64,000 bases of DNA, taken from positions 16,067 to 80,066 of the forward strand of contig JAZNSQ010000019.1 in the NCBI GenBank assembly GCA_045591265.1, written 5' to 3'. Shown here in pieces: positions 51,397 to 61,179 of the stretch. The notes below the pieces were generated by a model, which was given only the letters and a program-made list of their open reading frames with translations, did no database searches and had not been told where the DNA came from. The position numbers and the translations under genes were made by a program. Origin of the DNA: Clostridia bacterium (GTDB taxonomy: Bacteria > Bacillota > Clostridia > UMGS1883). Numbering within the stretch: position 1 is the first letter of the stretch; each line of letters opens with the position of its first letter.

Positions 51397-51578
51397 TGGT
51401 GGGCCTTTAGTTTGGGCACAGGCAAACAATCCTGTGAATTGTTTGCCAGACCAAAGTCCCTGCGAGCTGAAAGCGAGTAGAAAACGAAGCTTGAAGCCGC
51501 CTTTAGGAAGGCCCCTTATAGGAATGCAGTCACACTGCAAAAAAAACAGCACCCGCTAAAAAGCAGATGCTATTTTTT
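51397..51578. repeat. 182-bp tandem-repeat unit copy 2, abutting the genuine tRNA-Met 3' end
   Basis: It differs from copy 1 at the sites that are visible by eye. It ends in AAAAGCAGATGCTATTTTTTGG, then runs directly into TGGGCC of the tRNA. Confidence 0.85.
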
Positions 51579-51654
51579 GGTGGGCCTTCAGGGACTCGAA
51601 CCCCGGACCGACCGGTTATGAGCCGGTTGCTCTAACCAACTGAGCTAAAAGCCC
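51578..51654 (-). tRNA. tRNA with CAT anticodon (elongator Met, or Ile2 if lysidinylated; sequence resembles Bacillus tRNA-Ile2)
   Basis: Reverse complement GGGCTTTTAGCTCAGTTGGTTAGAGCAACCGGCTCATAACCGGTCGGTCCGGGGTTCGAGTCCCTGAAGGCCCACCA. Confidence 0.85.
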
Positions 51655-51659
51655 TTATA

Positions 51660-51734
51660 TGGTGACCCGTACGAGATTTGAACTCGTGTTCCCGCCGTGA
51701 AAGGGCGGTGTCTTAACCGCTTGACCAACGGGCC
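51660..51734 (-). tRNA. tRNA-Glu (anticodon TTC)
   Basis: Reverse complement GGCCCGTTGGTCAAGCGGTTAAGACACCGCCCTTTCACGGCGGGAACACGAGTTCAAATCTCGTACGGGTCACCA. Confidence 0.85.
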
Positions 51735-51841
51735 ACAAATAAGACCGAATATTAGTATACATCATAGTTTTCCCTTTGTCAACGATTTTTTTCTCCCATA
51801 TTTAAAAAAATGCGGATATATTTTCATATACCCGCATCTTC

Positions 51842-52318
51842 TTATCGGTTCAAAAGATATACCCCAAAATTAAGATATGTTGCAAAGCTAACCCAGATTA
51901 AATATGGAATCTGAAGGTACGCGGCTAAAGGGCTGACCTTCTTGTAATTAAGAATAGTTGCAAGGATAAGTGCCCATAAAACGAGTATCCAAATAAACGC
52001 AAAGAAAAACGAGCGGAGGTTAAAGAAAATAATGCTCCACATAAAGTTAAAAAACAGGCTTATTGCGTATACTAAAAGACCGTCAGAGGAAGCCTTGGGG
52101 TTTACTTCTCTTTTTTTATAGACAAGAGCACTGCTTACTCCCATTAAAATAAAAAGAATTGACCACACAATCGGGAAAACTACGCCCGGCGGAGAAAACG
52201 GCGGCATTTTTATATCATTATAGATATCCATATTGTTTCTTGTCGAGAATGCCGAAAGTCCCCCAACCGCAAGTGCAATAAGTATCGAGATAATATAAGG
52301 CTTTGCTTTTTTTAACAT
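51842..52318 (-). CDS. tspO: TspO/MBR (tryptophan-rich sensory protein) family membrane protein
   Basis: Trp-rich 5-TM pattern (PPGVVFPIVWSILFILMG, WSIIFF). Start at MLKKAK after GGAGGG. Confidence 0.8.
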   Translation of the reverse strand: MLKKAKPYIISILIALAVGGLSAFSTRNNMDIYNDIKMPPFSPPGVVFPIVWSILFILMGVSSALVYKKREVNPKASSDGLLVYAISLFFNFMWSIIFFNLRSFFFAFIWILVLWALILATILNYKKVSPLAAYLQIPYLIWVSFATYLNFGVYLLNR

Positions 52319-52356
52319 ATTAAATCCCTCCATATATAATTTACAAATTTTTTTTA

Positions 52357-53085
52357 CTAAATATTCCTTGCTATATCTTTTTTAAGGCGCTTGATAATCT
52401 TTTTTTCAAGCCTTGATATGTAGCTTTGGCTTATTCCAAGCATATCGGCAACCTCTTTTTGAGTGCGTTCCTTTTTTCCGCCAAGACCGTAGCGCATTTC
52501 CATTATAATTCTCTCTCGTTCGCAAAGCTTATTCATAGCGGCAGTCAAAAGGTTTATTTCAACCTCCTCTTCAAGATGTCTGTCGACACTGTCTTCATCT
52601 GCACCTAAAATGTCACTGAGAAGTAACTCATTCCCGTCCCAGTCGGTGTTAAGTGGCTCATCAAGTGAGATTTCCGATTTTTTAGCGTTGTTTTTGCGAA
52701 GATACATAAGTATTTCGTTTTCGATGCATCTGCTTGCGTATGTTGCAAGCTTTATATTTTTATCAGCCTTAAAGGTGTTAATCGCCTTAATCAGCCCGAT
52801 TGTTCCCATTGACACAAGGTCATCAACACATATATTTGTATTTTCAAACTTTTTTGCTATGTAAACAACAAGCCTTAAATTATGCTCGATAAGCTTTTGA
52901 CGGCTGGCGTGCTCCGAAATAGTCGATATATAGTAAAGCTCATCTTCCATAGACAGTGGCGGGGGAAGATAGTCCCCGCTTCCTACGTAAAAGTTATAAT
53001 CACTTAAGTTAAGCTTGTTAAAAAGCCTTATGTAGCCTTCCTGCGCCTTGCTTTTCATAACATTTAGAATTTTCATTTTATACAC
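52357..53085 (-). CDS. sigE: RNA polymerase sporulation sigma factor SigE (pro-sigma-E)
   Basis: Near-identity blocks to B. subtilis SigE: [84 protein letters not shown]. Immediately downstream of spoIIGA. Confidence 0.9.
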   Translation of the reverse strand: MYKMKILNVMKSKAQEGYIRLFNKLNLSDYNFYVGSGDYLPPPLSMEDELYYISTISEHASRQKLIEHNLRLVVYIAKKFENTNICVDDLVSMGTIGLIKAINTFKADKNIKLATYASRCIENEILMYLRKNNAKKSEISLDEPLNTDWDGNELLLSDILGADEDSVDRHLEEEVEINLLTAAMNKLCERERIIMEMRYGLGGKKERTQKEVADMLGISQSYISRLEKKIIKRLKKDIARNI

Positions 53086-53087
53086 TC

Positions 53088-53990
53088 CTATAAATATGGA
53101 TTAAATAACGCTGAATAGCTTTTGTCTTTTGACAGCTGATGAAAATACAGACCTATAACGCACTTATCTAAAACCCGCACTCCACAGTCATCGCGGATTT
53201 CTGCCTTATCGGGAACAAAGCCAAGAAGCATTCCGTTATCTTTACCGAGAGAATTAAATGGAATAAGTCTTGTGCGAAGTCCCATTTGTGAAACATCAGC
53301 CATAATCCAGTGGAGATTCTCCCCATGCATTCTGTCGAGGGAATTTTTGATTTCCTCGCTAAAAAGGTTTTTAATGCATCTGTATTCCGCAATTATAACG
53401 GGGGAGAGAGTTACGGGGTCTACAAGGGCGTTCCCTGTATCGAGCAGAGCAGTAATTTCAGCCGATTTATCTCCAAGACAAAGCCTTAAATGCTTTTTCA
53501 GATTTGCGTGGCGCCCGAATTTGTCCGATAAAAGAGAACAAAGCTTAAGCGAAAAATAAAAAAGCAGAGAGGAAAGAGCAAGCACAGTCCACGGAAGATT
53601 AAAATAAAATATTCCGTTAGAGTAAATTGCCCCAAGGTTTGCCCCGATACTGCTAAAGTAAAATACACCTAAAACGCATCCGCCAAAGCCAAAGGAAACC
53701 ATATAAAAAATAATCAGAGTTTTTATGTAGCTTCTTACAGAGTAAAAGGGGAAGGCGGCTCCTACAATCACCATTGATATAAGCATTTTTGAGATAGTTG
53801 TGTATATCACAGAAAAATCAGGGAAAAAGACAAGCACCGCATAGAGTGCACCTATAAATGCCCCGAAAAGAATTCGGAGTCTTTTACGCTTTACCTTTGA
53901 TAAAACCCCCGATGCCAAAAGTAAAACGTAATTAATAATTAAATTCACAACAAATAAAACATCTATGTAAACAGTCGGCATAATTATCAC
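53088..53990 (-). CDS. spoIIGA: sigma-E processing peptidase SpoIIGA
   Basis: Polytopic N-terminus, C-terminal aspartic protease motif [13 protein letters not shown]; position upstream of sigE. Confidence 0.85.
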   Translation of the reverse strand: MIIMPTVYIDVLFVVNLIINYVLLLASGVLSKVKRKRLRILFGAFIGALYAVLVFFPDFSVIYTTISKMLISMVIVGAAFPFYSVRSYIKTLIIFYMVSFGFGGCVLGVFYFSSIGANLGAIYSNGIFYFNLPWTVLALSSLLFYFSLKLCSLLSDKFGRHANLKKHLRLCLGDKSAEITALLDTGNALVDPVTLSPVIIAEYRCIKNLFSEEIKNSLDRMHGENLHWIMADVSQMGLRTRLIPFNSLGKDNGMLLGFVPDKAEIRDDCGVRVLDKCVIGLYFHQLSKDKSYSALFNPYL

Positions 53991-54085
53991 CCAATAATAT
54001 TATAAATCCCCACGCGCAAAAATTTTGTCATATAATAGTTTAAACCTAAAAAAATTTACGACAAAATCAAATAAAACAAGCCAAA

Positions 54086-54120
54086 AACTTGACCTTTTTA
54101 TAATGTGTGATATAATAGAA
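54086..54120 (+). promoter_or_regulatory. candidate sigma-A promoter for the aminotransferase gene
   Basis: TTGACC, a 16-17 nt spacer, then TGaTATAAT (extended -10), ~30 nt upstream of the RBS AATGGAGG. Confidence 0.45.
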
Positions 54121-54145
54121 AGTAACTTAAAATGGAGGATTATTT

Positions 54146-55327
54146 ATGGATTTTCAGATTTCAGATAGAATGAGTAGCCTTAAAGGCTCCGCAATAAGAG
54201 AAATGTTTAAGCATATGGCAGATCCCGAGATGATTTCACTTGCAGGCGGAAATCCCGCGTCAGAGCTTTTTCCAAACGAAGAAATGGCGCAAATTTCCTT
54301 TGATGCACTCAAAAATACACCCGTTTCTGCTCTTCAGTACGGAATTTCAGAAGGGAACATCAGTCTCCGCGAAGAAATAGTTAAAATGCTTTCAGACCGC
54401 GAAAATATAAATACCACAATTGACGAAATAACTATTGTTTCAGGCGGTCAGCAGGCTATAGAAATTTGCTCTAAAATTATGCTTAATGAGGGTGATACAG
54501 TTTTAGTTGAAGAGCCTTCATTTGTCGGCGGATTAAATGCGTTTCGCTCATACGGGGCAAAGCTTGTAGGCGTGCCGATGGAGCATGACGGAATGAATCT
54601 TGATATCCTTGAAGAAAAAATTGCGGAAAATGAAAATATAAAGATGATTTATACCATTCCCAATTTCCAGAACCCATCAGCAATTACGATGAGTCTTGAA
54701 AAAAGAAAACGCCTGTATGAGATTGCAGTTAAAAATAAAATATTTATAATTGAGGATAACCCGTATGGTGAGCTTACATTTACCGGCGAAAAGCTTCCCA
54801 CAATAAAATCAATGGATAAAGAGGGCGTAGTTTTATACTCCGGCTCATTTTCAAAGGTGCTTGCGCCCGGTCTACGTCTTGGCTACCTCGTTGCACCCAA
54901 AAATGTAACGGAAAGAGTTGTTTTGGGAAAACAGGTTTCAGACGTTCACACTGCGCTTATCCCGCAGCTTATTGCGCTTGAATATTTAAAGCAGTATGAC
55001 CTTGAAGCACACATTGAAAAAATGCGCGCACTTTACAAAAGAAAATGCACTTGTATGATAGATGCGCTTGACAAATATCTTGGTGATAAAGTCACTCACA
55101 CTAACCCCGAGGGTGGACTTTTTGTATGGTGTGAGACGGATGGAATTGACACCTTAAAATTAAGTCAGGAAACGATAAAAGAAAAGGTTTTAATAGTTCC
55201 GGGAAATAACTTTATGGTAGATATGGAAAAAAAGTGCAGTGGCTTTAGACTTAACTTTTCAACGATGCCCGATGAAAAGATTACGGAGGGCGTAAAAAGA
55301 CTTAAAAAGGTGCTTGAAAACCAATAA
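54146..55327 (+). CDS. PLP-dependent aminotransferase (class I/II fold; 2-aminoadipate/MocR-core-like without HTH)
   Basis: N-terminus MDFQISDRMSSLKGSAIREMFK, SFSKVLAPGLRLGY PLP-lysine region. Confidence 0.75.
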   Translation: MDFQISDRMSSLKGSAIREMFKHMADPEMISLAGGNPASELFPNEEMAQISFDALKNTPVSALQYGISEGNISLREEIVKMLSDRENINTTIDEITIVSGGQQAIEICSKIMLNEGDTVLVEEPSFVGGLNAFRSYGAKLVGVPMEHDGMNLDILEEKIAENENIKMIYTIPNFQNPSAITMSLEKRKRLYEIAVKNKIFIIEDNPYGELTFTGEKLPTIKSMDKEGVVLYSGSFSKVLAPGLRLGYLVAPKNVTERVVLGKQVSDVHTALIPQLIALEYLKQYDLEAHIEKMRALYKRKCTCMIDALDKYLGDKVTHTNPEGGLFVWCETDGIDTLKLSQETIKEKVLIVPGNNFMVDMEKKCSGFRLNFSTMPDEKITEGVKRLKKVLENQ

Positions 55328-55339
55328 GGAGGACTTTTT

Positions 55340-55966
55340 ATGAGAGGTCGTTTTATTGTATTTGAAGGAATAGACGGTGCAGGCAAAAGCACGCAGATAG
55401 GATTACTTTCCCAAAAGCTTCAAAAAGAGGGAAGACGGGTTTTTCTCACGGCAGAGCCGACTGATTCTGTAACAGGCGGAATACTGCGTGATGCCTTAAG
55501 CGGCAACTATGAAAGAGAAAGCACGGAGCTTGCAGCTATGTTTCTTTCTGACCGCATTTTTCATAATGTAAATAAAAAGTGCGGGATAAAACAGGCACTT
55601 GAAAATGGATACGACGTTATTTGCGACAGATATTATTATTCTTCCTTTGCTTATCAGGGGATGGACAGTGATCTAAGTTGGGTAATGGATATGAACCTTA
55701 ATTGCCCTGATATTTTAAAGCCTGACGTATGCATTTTCCTTGATATTGATGCCGAAACCTCAAAAAAGAGGATTGACGAAAACCGCGCAACCGTAGAAAT
55801 ATTTGAGAACACAGAAACGCTAAACCGCATAAGACAGAAATTTTTTGAGGTTTTTAAGAAACTTGAAAACGAAAATATATATATCGTAAATGCGGGTGAC
55901 ACGGCAGAAAACGTGGCATCAGAAATATACAAAATTTTTGAGAAAGAAAATAAGTATGGAAACTAA
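55340..55966 (+). CDS. tmk: dTMP kinase
   Basis: MRGRFIVFEGIDGAGKSTQ P-loop and DRY motif. Confidence 0.9.
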   Translation: MRGRFIVFEGIDGAGKSTQIGLLSQKLQKEGRRVFLTAEPTDSVTGGILRDALSGNYERESTELAAMFLSDRIFHNVNKKCGIKQALENGYDVICDRYYYSSFAYQGMDSDLSWVMDMNLNCPDILKPDVCIFLDIDAETSKKRIDENRATVEIFENTETLNRIRQKFFEVFKKLENENIYIVNAGDTAENVASEIYKIFEKENKYGN

Positions 55967-56945
55967 AATTATTAAAATTGACCCTTTAAATATTGATTTA
56001 GACCTGATAAATGAGGCTGCCGAAGTTATTAAACGCGGCGGTCTTGTTGCCTTTCCGACTGAAACTGTTTACGGACTTGGTGCAGATTCTTTTAATGAAG
56101 AAGCTGTCAAAAATATATTTAAGGCAAAAGGCAGACCGCAGGATAACCCGCTTATTTCTCATATCGCAAGCGTTGATGACCTTTCTCTTTTTGCATCGGA
56201 AATTCCCGAAAATGCAAAAAAACTGGCAGAAGCCTTTTGGGGCGGACCTCTTACCATGATTTTAAAAAAGAAAGAGGGTATTCCAAACGCAGTAACTGCA
56301 GGTCTTGATACCGTTGCGGTAAGAATGCCCAGTCACAGCGTGGCAAATTTACTTATAAAGCAATCGGGCACCGCGATTGCCGCGCCGAGTGCAAATCTTA
56401 GCGGCAGCCCCAGTCCCACAACGGCAAAGCACTGTATTGATGACCTATTAGGGCGCGTTGATATGATTCTTGACGGCCAAAATTCAATGATAGGGATTGA
56501 ATCTACTGTGCTTGATTTAACAGGAGAAGTTCCAACTATTCTTCGTCCTGGCTTTATTACCCCTGAAGATTTAAAAGAAGTTATAGGGGACGTAATCTAT
56601 GGCGGTGAGGCAAAGGGCGCGCCAAAATGCCCCGGAATGAAATATAAGCACTACAGCCCCAAGGCAGAGGTTTACCTTGTCCGTGATATTAAAAATGCTC
56701 AAAAATACGTTGAAGATAAAACAAGTATAATTGCTAAAAATATAAGTAAGTTAAATTTTAGCGCTCACGCGCTTCTTGACGCGGGCGAAAATGACCGTGA
56801 CTTTGCAGCTCGTCTTTTCTACCTCTTAAGAACGGCAGATGAAAAGGGCGCAAAAAAAGTGCTTGTAGAAATGCCCGAAGAAAAGGGAATTGGAGTTGCG
56901 CTCATAAACAGACTTTTAAAATCTGCTTCCGGAAGGGTGATTTAA
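55956..56945 (+). CDS. tsaC: L-threonylcarbamoyladenylate synthase (TsaC/YwlC/Sua5 type)
   Basis: YrdC domain (GGLVAFPTETVYGLGAD) plus Sua5 C-terminal domain; start at METKII. Confidence 0.85.
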   Translation: METKIIKIDPLNIDLDLINEAAEVIKRGGLVAFPTETVYGLGADSFNEEAVKNIFKAKGRPQDNPLISHIASVDDLSLFASEIPENAKKLAEAFWGGPLTMILKKKEGIPNAVTAGLDTVAVRMPSHSVANLLIKQSGTAIAAPSANLSGSPSPTTAKHCIDDLLGRVDMILDGQNSMIGIESTVLDLTGEVPTILRPGFITPEDLKEVIGDVIYGGEAKGAPKCPGMKYKHYSPKAEVYLVRDIKNAQKYVEDKTSIIAKNISKLNFSAHALLDAGENDRDFAARLFYLLRTADEKGAKKVLVEMPEEKGIGVALINRLLKSASGRVI

Positions 56946-57788
56946 TTGGCACAAATCGTATTTGTTTGCACTGGAAACACCTGCCGAAGTCCAATGGCGG
57001 AGGTAATCTATAATAATATAAAAGGTGAAAAAAGTGCCATATCCCGCGGGATAAGTGTTTTTAGCGGGTCAGGCGCTTCGCTAAATTCAAAAAAAGCGGT
57101 TTTAAAATATGGATTAAATATTGAAAACCACATATCAAAGCAAATCACATATGACGATATAGAAAGCGCCCACCTTGTAATAACGATGACCATGGCGCAT
57201 AAATATATTTTACAAAATGCCTTTCCCCAATTTTCAGAAAAGATAATCACGCTTTCAGAATTTGCAGGAGAAACGGACGATGTAACTGACCCCTTTGGAG
57301 GGAATGAGTCCGTTTACGAGGAAACTGCCCAAATGATTTATGACTATATAGTTAAGGGCATCGGCAAAATAAGGCTTGCTAAAAACAAAGATGCAGAAGA
57401 AATATTTTTGCTTGAAAAGGAGATTTTTCCTGACTTCTGGAGTAAAAAGACGATAGAAGAAAAAATAGAAAAAGAAAGTGTTTTGATTTTTGAAAAAAAA
57501 GGCAAAACATTAGGCTACTGCATTTTTATGTGTGCAGCAGACGAGGGCGAAATTTTAAAGATTGCGGTAGATGTGGCGCATAGAAAAGATGGTATTGGAA
57601 ATGCGCTTTTAAAAGAAACGCTAAAAAAACTTTATTCTCTCGGCGCGAAAAATGTGTTTTTAGAAGTAAGAAGGTCAAATATAAATGCAATATCGCTCTA
57701 CGAAAAATCAGGCTTTAAAAAAATGGGCGAAAGAAAGAATTACTACCCTGACGGTGAAGATGCACTAATACTTATAAAGGAAAGATAA
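56946..57788 (+). CDS. fusion protein: low-molecular-weight protein tyrosine/arginine phosphatase (YwlE-like) + ribosomal-protein-alanine N-acetyltransferase (RimI)
   Basis: N-terminal half with CTGNTCRSPMAE P-loop and DP motif; C-terminal half GNAT fold (GIGNALLKETLKKL, VFLEVRRSNINAISLYEKSGF). One continuous 280-aa frame from TTG 56946. Confidence 0.75.
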   Translation: MAQIVFVCTGNTCRSPMAEVIYNNIKGEKSAISRGISVFSGSGASLNSKKAVLKYGLNIENHISKQITYDDIESAHLVITMTMAHKYILQNAFPQFSEKIITLSEFAGETDDVTDPFGGNESVYEETAQMIYDYIVKGIGKIRLAKNKDAEEIFLLEKEIFPDFWSKKTIEEKIEKESVLIFEKKGKTLGYCIFMCAADEGEILKIAVDVAHRKDGIGNALLKETLKKLYSLGAKNVFLEVRRSNINAISLYEKSGFKKMGERKNYYPDGEDALILIKER

Positions 57789-57790
57789 AA

Positions 57791-58801
57791 ATGGCTTATA
57801 TTCTTGGAATTGAAACATCCTGCGATGAAACGGCAGCCTCAATAACTAAAGACGGAAGAGAGGTTTTGTCAAACGTGATTTACACGCAAATACCCGTGCA
57901 CCAAATCTATGGCGGTGTTGTGCCTGAAATCGCGTCAAGAAACCATATTGAAAAAATTATCTATGTTATTGATGAGGCGATAAAGAAGGCAAACCTAACT
58001 AAAAAGGATATTGATGCAGTTGCGGTTACCTATAACCCCGGCCTTATCGGTGCGCTACTCGTTGGTGTATCGGTTGCAAAGGCGCTTTCGTACTCACTTG
58101 GTATTCCGCTTATACCGGTAAATCACATTCAAGGGCATATTGCCGCAAACTATATTGCATATAGTGATTTGAAGCCACCCTTTGTATGCCTTGTTGCATC
58201 AGGCGGGCACAGCCACATTCTTCATATAAAAGATTACAGAAGCTTTGAAATACTTGGACAAACAACAGACGATGCCGCAGGTGAGGCGTTTGATAAGGTC
58301 GCGCGCGTGCTGGGGCTTGAGTACCCGGGCGGGCCAAAGGTAAATGCTTTAGCCAAAGAAGGAAATCCCGAGGCGATTAAGTTCCCCCGCCCCCACAACG
58401 GATTTGACTTTAGCTTCAGCGGTCTTAAAACTGCAGTTATAAATTACGTTCACACAGAAACACAAAAGGGAATAGAAATAAATAAGGCAGATGTCGCGGC
58501 ATCATTTCAGCAGGCAGTGTGTGATGTACTGACGTCAAACACTGTTGAGGCGGCAAAAAGCGTAGGCTGTAACGCAATCGCGATTGCAGGCGGCGTTGCG
58601 GCAAATACCCACCTTCGCGCGCAGATGGAAAGCGATGCAAAGAAAAACAATATGGAATTTTACTGCCCGCCGATAAATCTTTGCACAGATAATGCGGCAA
58701 TGATTTCGTGCGCAGGGTACTATAATTATATTTCAGGCGTGAGGGGAGATTTAAGCCTTAACGCCATATCGCAATTAAGCATAGGTGATATTTATGAATA
58801 A
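57791..58801 (+). CDS. tsaD: tRNA N6-adenosine threonylcarbamoyltransferase TsaD
   Basis: MAYILGIETSCDETAASI N-terminus and His motif (HIQGH). Confidence 0.9.
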   Translation: MAYILGIETSCDETAASITKDGREVLSNVIYTQIPVHQIYGGVVPEIASRNHIEKIIYVIDEAIKKANLTKKDIDAVAVTYNPGLIGALLVGVSVAKALSYSLGIPLIPVNHIQGHIAANYIAYSDLKPPFVCLVASGGHSHILHIKDYRSFEILGQTTDDAAGEAFDKVARVLGLEYPGGPKVNALAKEGNPEAIKFPRPHNGFDFSFSGLKTAVINYVHTETQKGIEINKADVAASFQQAVCDVLTSNTVEAAKSVGCNAIAIAGGVAANTHLRAQMESDAKKNNMEFYCPPINLCTDNAAMISCAGYYNYISGVRGDLSLNAISQLSIGDIYE

Positions 58802-60542
58802 AATAGAGAGTCTTCGCCTCTTTATGAAAAAAGAAGGCGTATCAGCGTGTGTTATTCCAACCGATGACCCCCACCTAAGCGAATACACGTGTAGGCACTT
58901 TAAACTTCGCGAGTGGCTTTCAGGCTTTACAGGTTCAAATGGCACCTTGGTAGTAACTATGAATAAGGCAGGGCTCTGGACGGACGGAAGATACTACATC
59001 CAAGCCGAAAAGGAGCTTTCGGGAACAGGCATAACGCTTTTTAAAGCATCCGAAAAAGAAACCCAGAAGATAAGCGACTTCATTATAGAAAATGTGCCAA
59101 AAAGCTCACTTGTGGGACTTGATGGCACTCTTTTTTCAAAAAGAGTGCTTGACAACTTAAAACAAAAGCTTAAAGAAAATGAAATTATAATAAAAACAAG
59201 ATTTGACGCATCTGTATTATGGGAAAACAAACCCCCGATGCCTTCTGAAAAGGCATTTTTATTAGAAGACAGGTTCTCTGGCGAAAGTGCGGAGGAAAAA
59301 ATAAAAAGACTTCGCATAACTCTCAAGGGAAACGAAGTGGATTTTTACGCAACTGCACTCTCTGATAGTGTAATGTGGCTCTTAAATATAAGGGGCGGGG
59401 ATATTTTATATACCCCCGTAATGCTTTCATACCTTTTTGTGTCAGGCAGCCGCGTAATTCTTTTTGCACAAAAAGAAAAGGTAAGCGAGATTTCAGGCTA
59501 CCTTGAAAGTATAGGAGTAGAGGTTTGTGACTATAGTGCGGTTTACGAGTTTCTGGCGTCTTTAGATAAAGAAAAGCGTATGGCAGTTGATTTTGATAAA
59601 TCAAACTATGAAATGGTAAACAGTGCAAGCTGCCATATAGTAAATAAGCCTGATTTTATAGAAAATCTTAAAGCCGTTAAAAATAAAACGGAAATAAGTA
59701 ACATTAAAAAGGCATATATTAAGGAAAACATCGCTCTTCTAAAAAGCTTTTTTGAGATTTATAATACCAAAGAAGAAATAGACGAGTGTGATGTTCGGGA
59801 TATTATCGAGAAAAACCGAAAAAAACAAAAAGGGTATCTTTACCCCTCTTTTGAAACCATCGCGGCATATGGCATAAATGCGGCAATGATGCATTACTCT
59901 CCTAAAAGGGATAAATGCGCCATAATAAAAAAGGAAGAGATGCTTTTAATTGACACAGGCGCACAATATAGGGAAGGCACGACAGATACCACGCGCACGC
60001 TTGTATTTAAAATGCCAAATAAAGAAATGAGAAGGCTCTACACCCTGTGTTTAAAAGGAAATATCAATCTTTCAAAAGCTGTATTTAAGGAAAACACAAA
60101 GGGGAGTGAGCTTGACATTTTAGCAAGAGGGCCCCTTTTAAAAGAAAAAAAGGACTACCGATGCTCAACAGGGCATGGCGTAGGGTATCTTCTTTGTGTG
60201 CACGAAGGTCCGCAAAGGATTTCGCCGTCCTCCAGCGTCATTTTAAAACCCTATATGACAGTTACGAATGAACCGGGTGTATACGAAGAAAATAAATTCG
60301 GCATAAGAATTGAAAATCATCTTGCAGTAGTCTTAAAAGGCGAATCTGAATACGGCAAATTTTTAGGGTTTGAGGTATTAAATTACTGCCCAATCGGCAC
60401 AAACGTACTTCTTCCCGAGCTTTTAAATGAGGAAGAAAGGGCATTTTTAAACAGCTACAATAAAAAGTGCCAAAGTCTTTACAAAAAGAATCTGACTCAG
60501 GAGGAGTATAAATGGCTGATAAATTACACAAAAGAGATATAG
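58794..60542 (+). CDS. Xaa-Pro aminopeptidase (M24 family)
   Basis: N-terminal creatinase-like domain and C-terminal pita-bread fold (HGVGYLLCVHEGP, TNEPGVYEE). Start at ATG 58794. Confidence 0.8.
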   Translation: MNKIESLRLFMKKEGVSACVIPTDDPHLSEYTCRHFKLREWLSGFTGSNGTLVVTMNKAGLWTDGRYYIQAEKELSGTGITLFKASEKETQKISDFIIENVPKSSLVGLDGTLFSKRVLDNLKQKLKENEIIIKTRFDASVLWENKPPMPSEKAFLLEDRFSGESAEEKIKRLRITLKGNEVDFYATALSDSVMWLLNIRGGDILYTPVMLSYLFVSGSRVILFAQKEKVSEISGYLESIGVEVCDYSAVYEFLASLDKEKRMAVDFDKSNYEMVNSASCHIVNKPDFIENLKAVKNKTEISNIKKAYIKENIALLKSFFEIYNTKEEIDECDVRDIIEKNRKKQKGYLYPSFETIAAYGINAAMMHYSPKRDKCAIIKKEEMLLIDTGAQYREGTTDTTRTLVFKMPNKEMRRLYTLCLKGNINLSKAVFKENTKGSELDILARGPLLKEKKDYRCSTGHGVGYLLCVHEGPQRISPSSSVILKPYMTVTNEPGVYEENKFGIRIENHLAVVLKGESEYGKFLGFEVLNYCPIGTNVLLPELLNEEERAFLNSYNKKCQSLYKKNLTQEEYKWLINYTKEI

Positions 60543-61126
60543 ACGCAGACTTTAACAAAAGAATACAGTTTATTTCTGTGATAGATAAAATGAAAAGCAT
60601 CTACCGCCAAAATCTCCTGATTGATGCCTCGCGCGAAGAAACAGATGCCGAGCATTCGTGGCACCTTGCCGTGATGGCAATTCTTCTTTCAGATTACGCG
60701 CCCGAGGGGACTGATATACAAAAGGTTATAAAAATGGTTTTGGTGCATGACCTTATAGAAATCTACGCGGGGGACACCTTCTGTTACGATACAGAAGGAA
60801 TAAAGGATAAAAGAAAACGAGAGGAAGAGTCTGCTGACCGTCTTTTTAAAATTCTTCCCGAAAAAGATGGAAAAGAGCTTCGCGCACTTTGGGAGGAGTT
60901 TGATAAGGAAGAAACGAAGGAGGCGCTTTTTGCCGCCTCACTTGACAGACTTCAGCCCCTTATAAATAACTTTTTTACTAACGGCCACACCTGGAGAAAA
61001 GGCTCTGTTAAAAAGGAGTTGGTCCTAAAAAGAGAAGAAATTCTTAAAAAGGGACTCCCCAAAGCAATTCCGCTAGTAAACGAAATATTAGATGATTCGG
61101 AGAAAAAAGGTTACTTTAGTTCTTGA
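60512..61126 (+). CDS. HD-domain hydrolase (YfbR-like 5'-deoxynucleotidase family)
   Basis: H...HD motif (EHSWHLAVMA, VHDLIEIYAGD); RBS AGGAGGAG upstream. Confidence 0.75.
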   Translation: MADKLHKRDIDADFNKRIQFISVIDKMKSIYRQNLLIDASREETDAEHSWHLAVMAILLSDYAPEGTDIQKVIKMVLVHDLIEIYAGDTFCYDTEGIKDKRKREEESADRLFKILPEKDGKELRALWEEFDKEETKEALFAASLDRLQPLINNFFTNGHTWRKGSVKKELVLKREEILKKGLPKAIPLVNEILDDSEKKGYFSS

Positions 61127-61179
61127 CATATTAGCTAAAATAGTATAAAATTACAGATATTTTTTGTGGTGGTGAATTT

